DNA of 63,888 nt, counting the filler, from Lenisia limosa (lineage: Eukaryota > Protista > Breviatea): NCBI GenBank assembly GCA_001655205.1. It is 13 parts of 13 records of this genome, joined end to end, with 100 filler letters (N's around TTAATTAATTAA, not from the genome) between each part and the next. Parts side by side here need not be neighbours in the genome. Positions count along the whole stretch, not along the records: positions 1 to 1,753 come from LPNZ01009257.1; positions 1,854 to 5,591 come from LPNZ01011564.1; positions 5,692 to 7,624 come from LPNZ01009683.1; positions 7,725 to 28,265 come from LPNZ01010345.1; 9 more parts are not named here. The stretch is one strand, 5' to 3'. Each line of letters starts with the position of its first letter. Position 1 is the first letter of the stretch. The position numbers were made by a program, and so were the translations under genes. Below, piece by piece: positions 1 to 11,989 of the stretch. The notes under the pieces were generated by a model that was not told the origin of the DNA, did not search any database, and saw nothing but the letters and a program-made list of their open reading frames with translations.

Positions 1-545
1 TAAGGGGGGGGGGGGGCAGTATAAATTATTTTCTGCTTGACCCTACATTATATACAAAGATCTCTTACCCCTACCCCTTTATATACGTTTTTTGTATCAT
101 ATGTATATTATGATATAGAATAATATATATAATATGCTTTATGATCTACTACGTTTTTTTTTTTGGAAAACTCAATTTTCTATAAATTACATTTCCCAGT
201 AAACAACCGTGCAAAAATAAAAATAGCCTCGTCAATCTGTTTGGTTAACTTCGAGAACCACTTTATCCACAGCCCAAGGCTCCAACAGAATTTGCTACAA
301 TTTCTCCATTAAAATTCCCAATTCTTCTGAAAGAGGATGTGGCGAATATATACACATTGCNNNNNNNNNNNNNNNNNNNNNNNNNNNNNNNNNNNNNNNN
401 NNNNNNNNNNNNNNNNNNNNNNNNNNNNNNNNNNNNNNNNNNNNNNNNNNNNNNNNNNNNNNNNNNNNNNNNNNNNNNNNNNNNAAATATTGCAAACAAA
501 ACCTCATTGTAGGATTGGTCCATATTACCACCCCGCACCGGTTTG

Positions 546-1620
546 ATGGTTCTGGCGTAGCTGGCTAGAGGCAAGATATTTAGCTCATCATCCTTAAGTA
601 TTAGATCAACAACACGGAGCAGTAACCTCAAAATATCCTCTCGATTCAAGTGCATTCTCGTACACCATAGTATTGCATCCATTATTATAATCTCCTAAAA
701 AGGACCGCACCCCCCCCCCCTTCCAACCATGACAATACAGTTCTTGCAGTCGGTAAGAGAGAGAAGGAAACGCTCATTGAAACGCCCGGTGACATCAGTT
801 TGGGATTCAGTACGGTAGCGCGCATGTACGTCCTGTGAGGGGAGGTGAATGGCTACACAATAATAAGCCTTGTTCACAAANNNNNNNNNNNNNNNNNNNN
901 NNNNNNNNNNNNNNNNNNNNNNNNNNNNNNNNNNNNNNNNNNNNNNNNNNNNNNNNNNNNNNNNNNNNNNNNNNNNNNNNNNNNNNNNNNNNNNNNNNNN
1001 NNNNNNNNNNNNNNNNNNNNNNNNNTCCTGTGTCTGACAATTTGTCAATACACACACACCCACACACACACACCCACACACCCATACACACACACACAAA
1101 AAAAACATATATATATATGCATATATATGATATCATATATATATTATGTATGTAACATTGTACTGTATTATATTATATACTATGTTATTCGTATGATATC
1201 ATATATTATATAGTATATATACACAAAGTAATCCCAGCGAAGACCCAAAACGCAATATACATATGTCTCATACCATAGTGAGCGTGTAGAGTTGCTTGAG
1301 ACTCTTGACAGTTTTGAGAAGGAGGCAAACGATTCCGCCACCCTCCACTGTCTCAGTAGCCCTGGCTAGCACGTTGGGAGTGATGGCCTCGAAATCCTGG
1401 GAGGTGAGGTGGATAAGTAATATGTCAACACTAACACGGGGTTTACAAAAAAAATGATGCTAATGAAGAAGATACGTTGAAACAAACTGAAAAATGCGAA
1501 TCCCCCCCCCCTCTATTTATTTAATGTTTATAATAGTATACCCTTCTACCTGGAGGATACACATTCCATAGGTGTTCCCGAGGATCTTGTGTGAGTCTTT
1601 GTAGAAGGTATAACCTGAAG
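546..1620 (-). CDS. NAT10: RNA cytidine acetyltransferase NAT10/KRE33, internal N-terminal exons (partial, spliced)
   Basis: Minus-strand exons read YTFYKDSHKILGNTYGMCILQ (~1550-1620), QDFEAITPNVLARATETVEGGGIVCLLLKTVKSLKQLYTLTM (~1275-1410), DVHARYRTESQTDVTGRFNERFLLSLTDCKNCIVM (~728-835) and DDELNILPLASYARTIKP (~546-600). This is colinear with the NAT10 N-terminal motifs QDFEALTPNLLART and GRFNERFILSL. Both ends unresolved. Confidence 0.93.
1050..1220. repeat. (CA)n and (AT)n-rich microsatellite in a NAT10 intron
   Basis: Visible cacacacacc.. run followed by atatatat tracts. Confidence 0.85.
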
Positions 1621-1753
1621 ATGTGAAACTAGCTACGAAACCCCTCAATTGATAAAACATGTATGAAAGTATGATCATGCGCTATACTTCAGTAAGTGCG
1701 GATAATATTGGAGTTTTAGCTCTAAAAGGCTGTCAGTCCCAGATCTCTGCTAC

Positions 1754-1853
1754 NNNNNNNNNNNNNNNNNNNNNNNNNNNNNNNNNNNNNNNNNNNNTTA
1801 ATTAATTAANNNNNNNNNNNNNNNNNNNNNNNNNNNNNNNNNNNNNNNNNNNN
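1754..1853. other. Artificial contig spacer N44-TTAATTAATTAA-N44 (also at 5592, 7625, 28266, 32777, 34723, 39103, 41928, 49919, 52211, 57037, 62137)
   Basis: Identical 12-mer with stops in all six frames, centred in a 100-nt N block, 12 times in the window. Confidence 0.97.
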
Positions 1854-2975
1854 CCTTCTCCAATTCAGCCTTTAATGAAGACACTTCTTCTGAATTATCT
1901 CCAGCATTCTTCAGCACTTGTCTTTCTTCTTGAGACTTCTCCAGTACTTCTTCATACTTCCTCTCATATTCCACTAATTCAGTATCCATGTCAACCATCT
2001 TTGTTGCTGCCTTCTCCAGTTCAGCCTTTAACGCTGACAGTNNNNNNNNNNNNNNNNNNNNNNNNNNNNNNNNNNNNNNNNNNNNNNNNNNNNNNNNNNN
2101 NNNNNNNNNNNNNNNNNNNNNNNNNNNNNNNNNNNNNNNNNNNNNNNNNNNNNNNNNNNNNNNNNNNNNNNNNNNGTTCTTCAGAATTATCTCCAGCATT
2201 CTTCAACATCAGAATTTCAGCTTCATGCTCCTGTCTTTCTTCTTGAGACTTCTCCAGTACTTCTTCATACTTCCTGTCAAATTCCTCCAATTCAGTATCC
2301 ATATCAACCATCTTTGTTGCTGCCTTCTCCAGTTCAGCCTTTAACGCTGACAGTTCTTCAGAATTATCATTCTTCAACATCAGAATTTCAGCTTCAAATT
2401 CTTGTCTTTCTTCTTGAGACTTATCCAGTACTTCTTCATACTTCCTTTCATATTCCTCTAATTCGGTATCCATGTCAACCATTTTTTCGGCAGCTCTTTC
2501 CAGTTCAGAACGATATTCAGAAATATCTACACAATGAGCTATGATATACATACGATATAGTATATATATATTATAGTAGATAGAATATAGAATATATCGA
2601 TATATGAGTGCACTCGTGTGAAAACTAACAGATAAGTATCAATGGTACAGCTGCAATCAAGAAAACCAAATATTATCTTCTTTCATGATTAAGGGTCAGA
2701 TAACTTGTGTAGATAGCACATTATGAAAATACTTTCGTGCTAATCAGAGGCTATGAGGATGTACTGTAAACTGAGACTCTATGAAGTATATCACAGACCA
2801 CAATTATTCATAAACAAAGTCTGAACTTGCTTACGTAATTCTCTATTATCTTTTTAAACAAACATTGCGAAACAGCATGATATTGAAATCCCCCCACCTT
2901 GAGCATTAGCGAGTTGGTCCTTCAAGGAGGCGACGGAAGCCTCGAGCTCCTCGATATATTTTGTTTGGTCAGTGG
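1854..2975 (-). CDS. Acidic coiled-coil protein with ~57-59 aa tandem repeats (partial)
   Basis: Exon MGTTDQTKYIEELEASVASLKDQLANAQ (~2895-2975) with a GT donor, then a long exon repeating AELEKAATKMVDMDTELEEYERKYEEVLEKSQEERQEHEAEILMLKNAGDNSEELSALK. At least 4 units visible; runs into a gap and the contig end. Confidence 0.8.
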
Positions 2976-3574
2976 TACCCATTGCAGATTTTGGATGCCT
3001 TAATGTGTAAAGAAGACAAACACAACAAAGCATAGAATATCAAAGAGTTTTGAAACGGTTACATTCTTGTTCACCAAAAACACTCACAATCAGGCTGAAA
3101 CATTAACAACCCAGTTAATTTAGTATTAGTGTCCTAACAAATACAAACTGACCTTCCAAAATGAAACTCCTCAATGACAGCTTCACGCTAGACAAACATG
3201 GTGTGGGATGTAACTGAGCTTCCTGAAGTACCACCGAACAGAGTAAGAGTCGAGTATCAGAGTAACAACAGAGTCGTAAGTAGTTCAATGACCAAAGAAA
3301 GGGGGAAGGGGAAGAGAGAGGGGAAACAAAGGACATGGGGTAGGCGATTGCGACACGTTTTTGTTAGCGTTTTTGGGTTTTTTTTACCATCTGGCTCATA
3401 TAAAGACTCACATACCACTACTTATTTGGATAGTTGAAAGGAAGGTGTTTTTTGGCCCGTTGATTTTGTGAATGTTCCTGCTTTAACCAGGTTTAGTCCC
3501 AACTGGGACAGTGTATTAAGGCCTATTTCTAGAAAGTGTTATATTTTCCCTGAAGTTTCTCTCTAAAAGTCACT

Positions 3575-5493
3575 ATGTCGGAAAAAATGAGCTTCCCTTC
3601 AACAGCAGAGCAGTATGGGAGCCTTCTATACACTGTTTGGTTATAATTTATAGATATGAACTTGTTGACGAAGTTGGACAAGGAGCTTCGGCAACGGTTT
3701 ACCACGCGAAGGTGAAGGAAACTGGACAAAGCGTGGCTATCAAGGTTGGTCCAAAGTGGTTTGTGATCTTGTTTGCTCTTTTCAAGAATGGTTAGATAAT
3801 TGGAGATAGTTTGTACTCATGTCAAATCAGCTTCAAATGTTCCCATTGTGTGAATGCTAGTTACGAAGAACAACATGTTAATTGTGCAGGTTATTGACCT
3901 GGAGCAATTCAGCACCACTCTGGATGAAATCCGTCTTGAAATTCAACTTATGAGCCAAGGTTTGCACGGGCTGTGTATCCTTTAAACACAAGAATAAATG
4001 AGATGATGAATTATGACATGGATTAGACAGGGCAGAAGCATTGTTCTTCTTGAAAGGAATCACGTTTTAGCACAACATGACAATGTTGTTCGTTTCTATG
4101 GCAGCTTTGTCCAGGACCAGTGTCTCTGGCTCATTATGAACTATTTATCTGGAGGTAAGCCTCATGACCTTTCTCAATAATATGGGTGAATTAATGATGG
4201 TCTAGGTTCGGTGCATGATTTAATGAAGTTTGCCTATCAGGATGGGCTTCAAGAAGCTCAAATCGCAACTATTCTTCAGGTCAGCCAACATTCCCCTTAA
4301 ACCACTATCCCTCTCAGAATTTTGATTTATGTTTTATTTCGTTGTCTGCCCCCTCCCCAGAACAATTGTGTGACGCAGTTTAGGCAGTTCTCAAGGGCGT
4401 GGTATACTTTCACAGTAGTGGACAGATTCATAGAGATATCAAAGCTGGTTTGCTACTATCTTGCTATTATCTATCACTTCTTTGAGATCAAGAATAATAT
4501 ACAAAACAGCTCTTGTATACATTATACATACTCCTCATGTATCGAGAATGTATCGAGATATTCAAGGTTTTTGAACTGAAATAAAACCGCAGTCAATTTG
4601 GTGTAATTCCTGTAGGTAACATCCTTCTCGACCCCAATGGTAGTATTCAGTTAGCCGATTTTGGAGTGTCTGGCAACCTTGTGGAAGGCGTAAGGGGGCT
4701 GCTTTTGACATCTCTTATTGGATATCTTTGACCAGAAACAAACTTTATAACATGATGGGGTTGATGCCTTCGGCCAGATGCAATTTGGAGCAATGATCGC
4801 ATTTGTATGCTGATCGCCTAGGGAGCACGAAGAGATAAGCGTCAGACCTTTGTTGGAACCCTGTGCTATATGGCTCCTGAGGTAAGAACGGGTAAATAGC
4901 AGTTCCTGTAGTGGCGGCAGAGATAAATGGGTATAGTCAATCAAATCCTTATGATAGCGATGACTTTTTCAGTCATATTACAAATACCGACACTTCTAAC
5001 CGCCGTAGGTAATGGAACAAGAAAGCGGCTACAACACATCAGCAGACATCTGGTCTCTGGGTATCACTGCCTTGGAATTGGCACACGGCCAAGCTCCTTT
5101 TGCGAAGTTCCCCCCTCTCAAGGTGAGACCGTTTTTGGATCAATAAAACCTCTGTATATCGGTAAGTCTTCAACCGATATCCATAGTATTCTTTTTTGGA
5201 TGGAGAGAAGCCAATACTAATAAACTCAGGTTATGCTTCAAACACTTCAGAACCCCCCACCCACCCTGGACATGGAACATTCTGCCAAGAAATTTAGCCC
5301 CGCTTTCAAGGTGTGTACTAACTGTCATTGTATTCTGTCTGCTCTCTCTTTTTGAAATGGCTTTTCTGTTGTGTTTACTTTGTTTCTTTAGTATATCATA
5401 TAGCCGTTATCATTCATCAATTCACCCCCCCCCCAGGATTTTGTGGACTGTTGCCTTTGCAAAGACCCACAGAATCGCCCTTCTGCAGCAAAA
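3575..5493 (+). CDS. STE20-family Ser/Thr kinase, OSR1/SPAK (GCK-VI/Fray)-like; kinase domain, 3' truncated
   Basis: Spliced exons give [141 protein letters not shown], all with GT-AG introns. Confidence 0.92.
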
Positions 5494-5759
5494 GTGAGAA
5501 ATCATCCCCTTTTCGCAAGCGTTGAATACAGCTGTTTTTAAACAAATGAATTATATATGTTGGAGTGATGGATGCGGTGCTGCAGAAGCGANNNNNNNNN
5601 NNNNNNNNNNNNNNNNNNNNNNNNNNNNNNNNNNNTTAATTAATTAANNNNNNNNNNNNNNNNNNNNNNNNNNNNNNNNNNNNNNNNNNNNTTTCGACAG
5701 CATCGGAAAGATGTATCTGCGCTTTGCCATTTTGCATTACTCTGAGAGGAATAAGGAAA

Positions 5760-5889
5760 ATGGCCTGACAGAAAAGAGACAAGCGGATACATAACATGGC
5801 CTGACAGAAAAGAGACAAGCGGATACCTAACATGGTCTGACAGAAAAGAGACAAGCGGATGCCTAACATGGCCTGACAGAAAAGAGACA
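5760..5889. repeat. 36-bp head-to-tail tandem repeat (~3.6 units)
   Basis: Unit ATGGCCTGACAGAAAAGAGACAAGCGGATACMTAAC, no spacers. Confidence 0.9.
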
Positions 5890-7767
5890 GAAGCTTTGAA
5901 AAAAGGACACCGCTCGGCCATAAAAAAAGATATAGCAGGGCCCCGTGAAAAAATAATTGCCAAAATTGTAAAATATGGTATCTTTAATGGAGTTTTCGTT
6001 AATATGNNNNNNNNNNNNNNNNNNNNNNNNNNNNNNNNNNNNNNNNNNNNNNNNNNNNNNNNNNNNNNNNNNNNNNNNNNNNNNNNNNNNNNNNNNNNNN
6101 NNNNNNNNNNNNNNNNCATATAGCTCCATTAAAGATACCATACTTTACAACTTGATAAGAAGCTCAAAAATTGATATGCTACAAAAATCCTAAATATTAC
6201 AGATGAGGAATGGTTCATTATATGTTATGAATAGCCTAAGATGTTAGATTCTATTAGAGCATTTCTGGGATGAAAATAGAAGGAATCAATATCCTCTAGT
6301 ATCTACACTCTTCCTAGTATCCCACAAACTCAATCAGAGCGGAAAATCCTCCATGAACACACAGCGCCAACAACGCTAAAAAGGCAGTACAGCGGAACTG
6401 AAAAGGAAGCATCTTCCAATATTGATCTTCAATTCCTCTTTCTTTCTTCTTCTTTATTTGTCTTTATTCTCACGCTTCTTACTCCTCTTTCTCTGCTTTC
6501 CCCAAGTGCCTGTTCTTTGACTATTTGGATAGGAAGGTGGGAGGTTGTGCGAGGACCTGGTGGAAACTTCTTGATGGTGTCCTGCTGACTCTTCTTGAGC
6601 CCTATATTCTTATTATTATTTATTATTATACCTATAGGAAGTATAAATTTTTCTGTGCAGGCCCAATATGCCACTGACGAGTATTTATGTAGATGTAACT
6701 AGTATAACTAGTGTCGAGATATTGCTTTTTGCTTCTCTCGCGACAGACAGACACAAACATCTCTCGCCTTGCTCTATGATGATGAGGAAAGTGCTGCTGA
6801 TAACTCTATTATTGTAGGGGGGGGGGGCTCCTTGAGTTCCATGTTTATGTACAAATAATCTGCGAGACGTTCATGAATCCCAATATCGGCTCAATTAGCA
6901 TTATTTAACACCCATTCACAATCATGAAATTTTTTTGTTCTAACCTTGCGAATTGCAAATATGTGCCAATGTGATGCCATCTTTTTGCCTTCATTTTAGG
7001 GAGATTTGGGGATTATCTCTTTATATTTATTTATATACTTCATCAGTCTCCTATTATCAACATTATTTCCTTGCTTATTCTTTGAACCAGAAAGAACTTT
7101 GACCGTAGGTCTAAACCCGTTTACTTACATATGTTTTTATTGTGAATTATTCCGAATGGCTACTTTTTCAAAACTCTTATAGTGTGGACGGCTTCGGCCA
7201 AGTACTACCTATTTTTTATTTCTCATTGCTATTTTTAATATGGCTATTACCAAGGCCATTTTGGAAATTGTATACCTGTATACATTAAGTACCTCTCTGA
7301 CCCGCCTTGCCGCAGCTTTNNNNNNNNNNNNNNNNNNNNNNNNNNNNNNNNNNNNNNNNNNNNNNNNNNNNNNNNNNNNNNNNNNNNNNNNNNNNNNNNN
7401 NNNTCGACCTGGACCTATGTCCACTATATTATAACATCTCAAGATACTTTCTCTTCAGGAGCAAGCTTATCACGATTTAACATCTCTATATAATATGTTG
7501 CAATTCAGGATCAAGCTTACCACAATTTAGGGTAACCGCTTCATGGGCCTTCACTTTATCACCTTCCGGAGGCGCCATCATCGAAACTCTGGAGTGGGGG
7601 GGAGGGGGTATTATATGATATGTANNNNNNNNNNNNNNNNNNNNNNNNNNNNNNNNNNNNNNNNNNNNTTAATTAATTAANNNNNNNNNNNNNNNNNNNN
7701 NNNNNNNNNNNNNNNNNNNNNNNNCAACGAACAGGGGAGGTGGGCTATTTTCTATTTTTGTGACACT

Positions 7768-9014
7768 TCAGGGAAGTCCCCTCCAGCTGCCACCCCAGGC
7801 CAACAACGAGTGGATCTTGGCATCTTCAACACAATGAACTACGGGATCTATAAGCTTCGACCTCGCCCCGTGTATGCCTTTGGGATTATACTTTGGTGCA
7901 TTGACTTGGGATTCCCATAGATGAACAAATGGAAATCTCAAATCATTTCGCTGTAGTGCTAGCTGCTTTCTCTTTTATCAAAAAAATTGAACAAATGGCG
8001 TGAACCTTGTTATCGTATTAGCTCTTTTTGGAATATTGATTCGGAGGGTCTTTTAAAAAAACGAGATCGGCGGAAGGATACAGATTTGGCCAGCATTTCA
8101 ATATTTCTCATTTCTCCATTGTTCTATTGTACCTGGGTACCTATGAGAACAAAGGACTGGTTTCACAACGACAATCTCACACCACCAGGCCTAGTATAGA
8201 CTCCTTGTTCGCCCCGCGCCCCGTAACAAGCACCCTTGCAACCTACGGGCCACGCGCTAAGAGATTCACCGTGCCACCCGGCTCCGTAGAGCCACGTCTG
8301 CCGAGCCACATGCAAGAAAACCTTGGCGGCGAGGGCTTCAATGAGGCCCTTCGTCGTGTGATGATGTGGGTTGACTTCCTGATTGGGTGGTCCGAGGAAA
8401 TGCTCCGCAACTCCGTGCNNNNNNNNNNNNNNNNNNNNNNNNNNNNNNNNNNNNNNNNNNNNNNNNNNNNNNNNNNNNNNNNNNNNNNNNNNNNNNNNNN
8501 NNNNNNNNNNNNNNNNNNNNNNNNNNNNNNNNNNNNNNNNNNNNNNNNNNNNNNNNNNNNNNNNNNNNNNNNNNNNNNNNNNNNNNNNNNNAATAATGAA
8601 ACTTCAAAAAATAAATGTCAATGAAGGTATCATGCATGTAGTAAATTCTTGAGACACCCAAAACATATGATGTGTCGACCATTTTGACAATGAATAGTGG
8701 ACCCAATTACTGTGTTTACCCTTTTCATTTTTTTTTTTCTAATCTTTCAGACTATTTCATCTTGGTACACGAGGTCGACTGAAAAGGCTGAAATCAAGCC
8801 CAAGAAGACAGATGTGGTAAGCTTCTGCTTCTTTTTGTCAGAAGAATTAAAATCGATAAATTCAAAAGCGAAAGGGACAGACTAATCAAAGCACATTTCG
8901 CTTCTGACTCTCACATTTTAGAATCTGTTCATTGACACCTTCCTCCTGGACTCTTTCCATGAGATTGCTGAATCCTTGGACAATCGCGAGAGGAAGCGAA
9001 TGTCTTTATCGTAG
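7768..9014 (+). CDS. Hypothetical protein, spliced (partial)
   Basis: GT-AG-bounded, GC-richer exons: KSPPAATPGQQRVDLGIFNTMNYGIYKLRPRP, SLFAPRPVTSTLATYGPRAK..WVDFLIGWSEEMLRNSV, TISSWYTRSTEKAEIKPKKTDV, NLFIDTFLLDSFHEIAESLDNRERKRMSLS*. No family recognised. Confidence 0.55.
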
Positions 9015-9669
9015 CCAAATAAAGTGTAGATTGTTTTTAAGGTATTGTAGTTGTTTTTCTGTATATTATTGTCTGTATTTCTAGCTCCATCATATGATAT
9101 ATTATTTCTTTTATCCAAAGGTAAGACATAACTAGCTCTAGTATTCATAATAACACTATTGAAAAACCTCTTCCACATCAGTCACGTTTACTAGGCAAAT
9201 GAATGTTTATGTTTCAAGTGTATTAACTCGTGGTTTTACAATCCAGCAATTGAGAGAGAGAATAAAATAGTTTGCCAGAAAAGACTGCAATAGAACCATA
9301 AATCACCCTGATATCAGACCAATGAAAAACCATCTACTCCTTCTCCTGCAAGTGCTCGGGTATCCTCTTCTCCACCCATCTGAAGCGTCTGTTCGAGGAC
9401 AAGCGTCTTTGCATTTGAGCCCTAAATGGGTGAGGAGCTATCCCAAGGTTTGATTTAACATATTTTCTCTTTCTTTTGTCTTTCTCTCTCTCTTTCTCTC
9501 TCTCATAATCAAATCAAACAATAAAACCGACAACGACTATCGCAATCAAGAGAATAATGTACAATGGCCTTCATCTCATTCCCGACTCAAGTACTTATAC
9601 CACAACTAGGGCTTCACTACGGTCCCAAAAAAGACTGAATTAATCGATGAATCCTAGATAATCCCCCGC

Positions 9670-11853
9670 TCCTCCTACTGTTTGTTGGATCTTGTGGGAA
9701 TGATATTTCTTCTTCTGAGGGAATCCTCATAGTCATTGCGGGCGTTAAACTCATTCTAAAGCATCAGGATGAATTTTAGGTCTGTAAAAAAAAAAAATCG
9801 GAAGAGATTGTGTCACCCTCACACCCCCCTTCCACCTTAATTCTGTAAATCTTGCCATTAGGCATGTCTTCAGGCAAAGTAAAGTCCCTCATACGAGGTG
9901 TCAGTCTGATGGTTAAAAGGACATCAGAAAATAGAAGCTGCACATACAAAAGAAGTGGTTTTCAAATCCAAATGTAACATCAAATAGTCAAAACTATTGC
10001 GTTTCCAGGAGAGGCAATTATAACTGGCAAAAAGCGCGTCTCTTAACCCCCTCACTTATGCTTTCCAATACCCTTGTCGACAACAGGTTTGGCGGCCTTC
10101 TTATCCCTGATGGCCTTCTGGGCTTCCTCCTCCTTTCGAATCGCCTTCTTGATCACATTTACCCTGAAATGTGAGATTATAAAAGGATGCAAAAATAACA
10201 AGTTCATTTCTGCCACATACATAAATCTCTATGTTCCAATCAAGACTTTACTGCACCTCTCACTTTTCAATATCGTCATTGAAACGGCGCTGTGCCTTCT
10301 TGGCCATTGCCCTTTTCTAAAAAGGGTCAACAGAGAATTTGCAGAAATGGTTGTAATGAAGAATGCCGTGGGATATCGACTTTAATTGACATTCTCTTTG
10401 CATCACCCTTACCCCACCACCACCACCATATTGGTAAAAACAGAGATCACCCTTACCCATTCCCACTCCCACATTGAGAATAGTAGTCCAACAACACCCC
10501 ATCCTACAGTTTCACGAAGTACACGTTTTTCTTTTCTCTTTTGCTGTCCAGTCTTACGAGTGGCATCAACTATAGTCGTTAATTGAATACTATTATAAAG
10601 CTATAAACGAACAGTAACGATGAGAGAACATTGCTCGAAGCCAGCAAACCATGTCCGAAATCGTCCCCTTCATCGTCCTCGGCAACCATATCGCCTTCTT
10701 CCTCCTCCTCCTCCTCGTCACTCTCGCCCATGCCGACGACACTGAACATTCCCGCGCCGGCCTTGGACTGCAGCTCCGGAACCTTGGCCAGTTTGGCTCG
10801 GATCTTCAACTTCTTGGCCTCACTGCATAATTAGGCAAAGTTCAAAATAATTTGTGAATTAGACTTATAAAAACAACTGCCTCAGTCTAGCAAGAAAGCT
10901 TAATACCCAGCAAACACTTCATTCTCTTCCTTCTCTGCCAGGTCAAGCAAGTCCTTGTAATCCTCCGGCTTGGGGTAGTATGAAAGACCAGGATGCGGTA
11001 TCTCAACGGCATTACTGTTAGTACTCTTCATGATGCCAGCCATCTGGGGGATAAATAGAGGGAGGTGCAGCAATAGAGTTCTTATCTCAATTTACTCACG
11101 TTCTTTTGCTTTGGCTTCTGCATTTCAACCGTGTCCATCCATGCCTTATTCACAGAGCCCTTCTTGAACTTACCCTGCCTCTCTTTTCCAGCCTTCTTCT
11201 TTTTTAGAACGGAAGTCTAAATCATAAGTCAATATTACTATATATATCCACGAAAATCAAAACTTAGCCCAATTTTCTGCGATTAGCATCCCCGCTTCCA
11301 ACCCAGACTGAACACTCGCTATCACGTGCACTCATACCTGTCCCTCAGCAATTCTCTTCTCCAGAGACTTGACACTCTTGCTTGCTGGTGGAGTAGCGAT
11401 TGGTTTGATGTATGAGTTCTTCTTTCCCTCAAAGTAGAGGTCAGCAAAACGCTTCTTCTTCTTCTTTTCAATCTTAGGCAAACCAACAACAGCTGAAAGT
11501 GTAAGATTCAATCTCCAGGCGTATGAAAAAAAACTTGAGCAGTTGTGCAATCATACCCTTCACAGAAAATTAAGGGCTTATCATTCCAATCAAAGTCAAA
11601 AAAAAAAAAGAGATAAGGATATCAGAAAAACATGTAACCTTAAAATAGCCACCACCACCCACGTCCTTTGTCAATCGTAAATATCGCTTCATCTGGTCTT
11701 TCTTGGAGTGAACCTCCCTCAATCGCATCAGCACTACATTAAAAAGTTAACAGGCTTGTAGAAGGGCCCAACAAACGTTTTCTGAGCTAAAGCATCTTCT
11801 GCTTCTCCCGGAACACGGGCTTTTTTCCACCAACTAGACTTCTTTCCCGCCAT
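9670..11853 (-). CDS. NOP53: Ribosome biogenesis protein NOP53/GLTSCR2
   Basis: MAGKKSSWWKK start, DEAIFTIDK, AVEIPHPGLSYYPKPEDYKDLL (Nop53 AVEV..GASYNP..D motif), an acidic tract, and RRRNIIPTR near the C-terminus. Last exon not resolved. Confidence 0.8.
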
Positions 11854-11989
11854 TGTTTAACACTGACAAGAAAGCAAAAGAAATCAAGCCCAATAAAAAG
11901 TAAATATATAACGATTCGTGGAGAGGACCCAACGAAGTATATAAAAAATAGTCATCTTCCAATTTTTTTCACTTAGAGTGTTTGAAACC

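Noticed and set aside
263-345. Possible TAG read-through (EELGILMEKL*QILLEPW) continuing NAT10, i.e. a variant genetic code
   Set aside because: Similarity to NAT10 is unconvincing, a gap separates it, and the confidently spliced genes show no in-frame TAG or TAA.
1798-1809. Recurrent TTAATTAATTAA as a regulatory or telomere-like motif
   Set aside because: Always centred in exactly 100 nt of N44-12mer-N44; it is a six-frame-stop assembly linker.
5760-5889. CRISPR array (36-bp repeats)
   Set aside because: Units are head-to-tail with no spacers, no cas genes, eukaryotic context.
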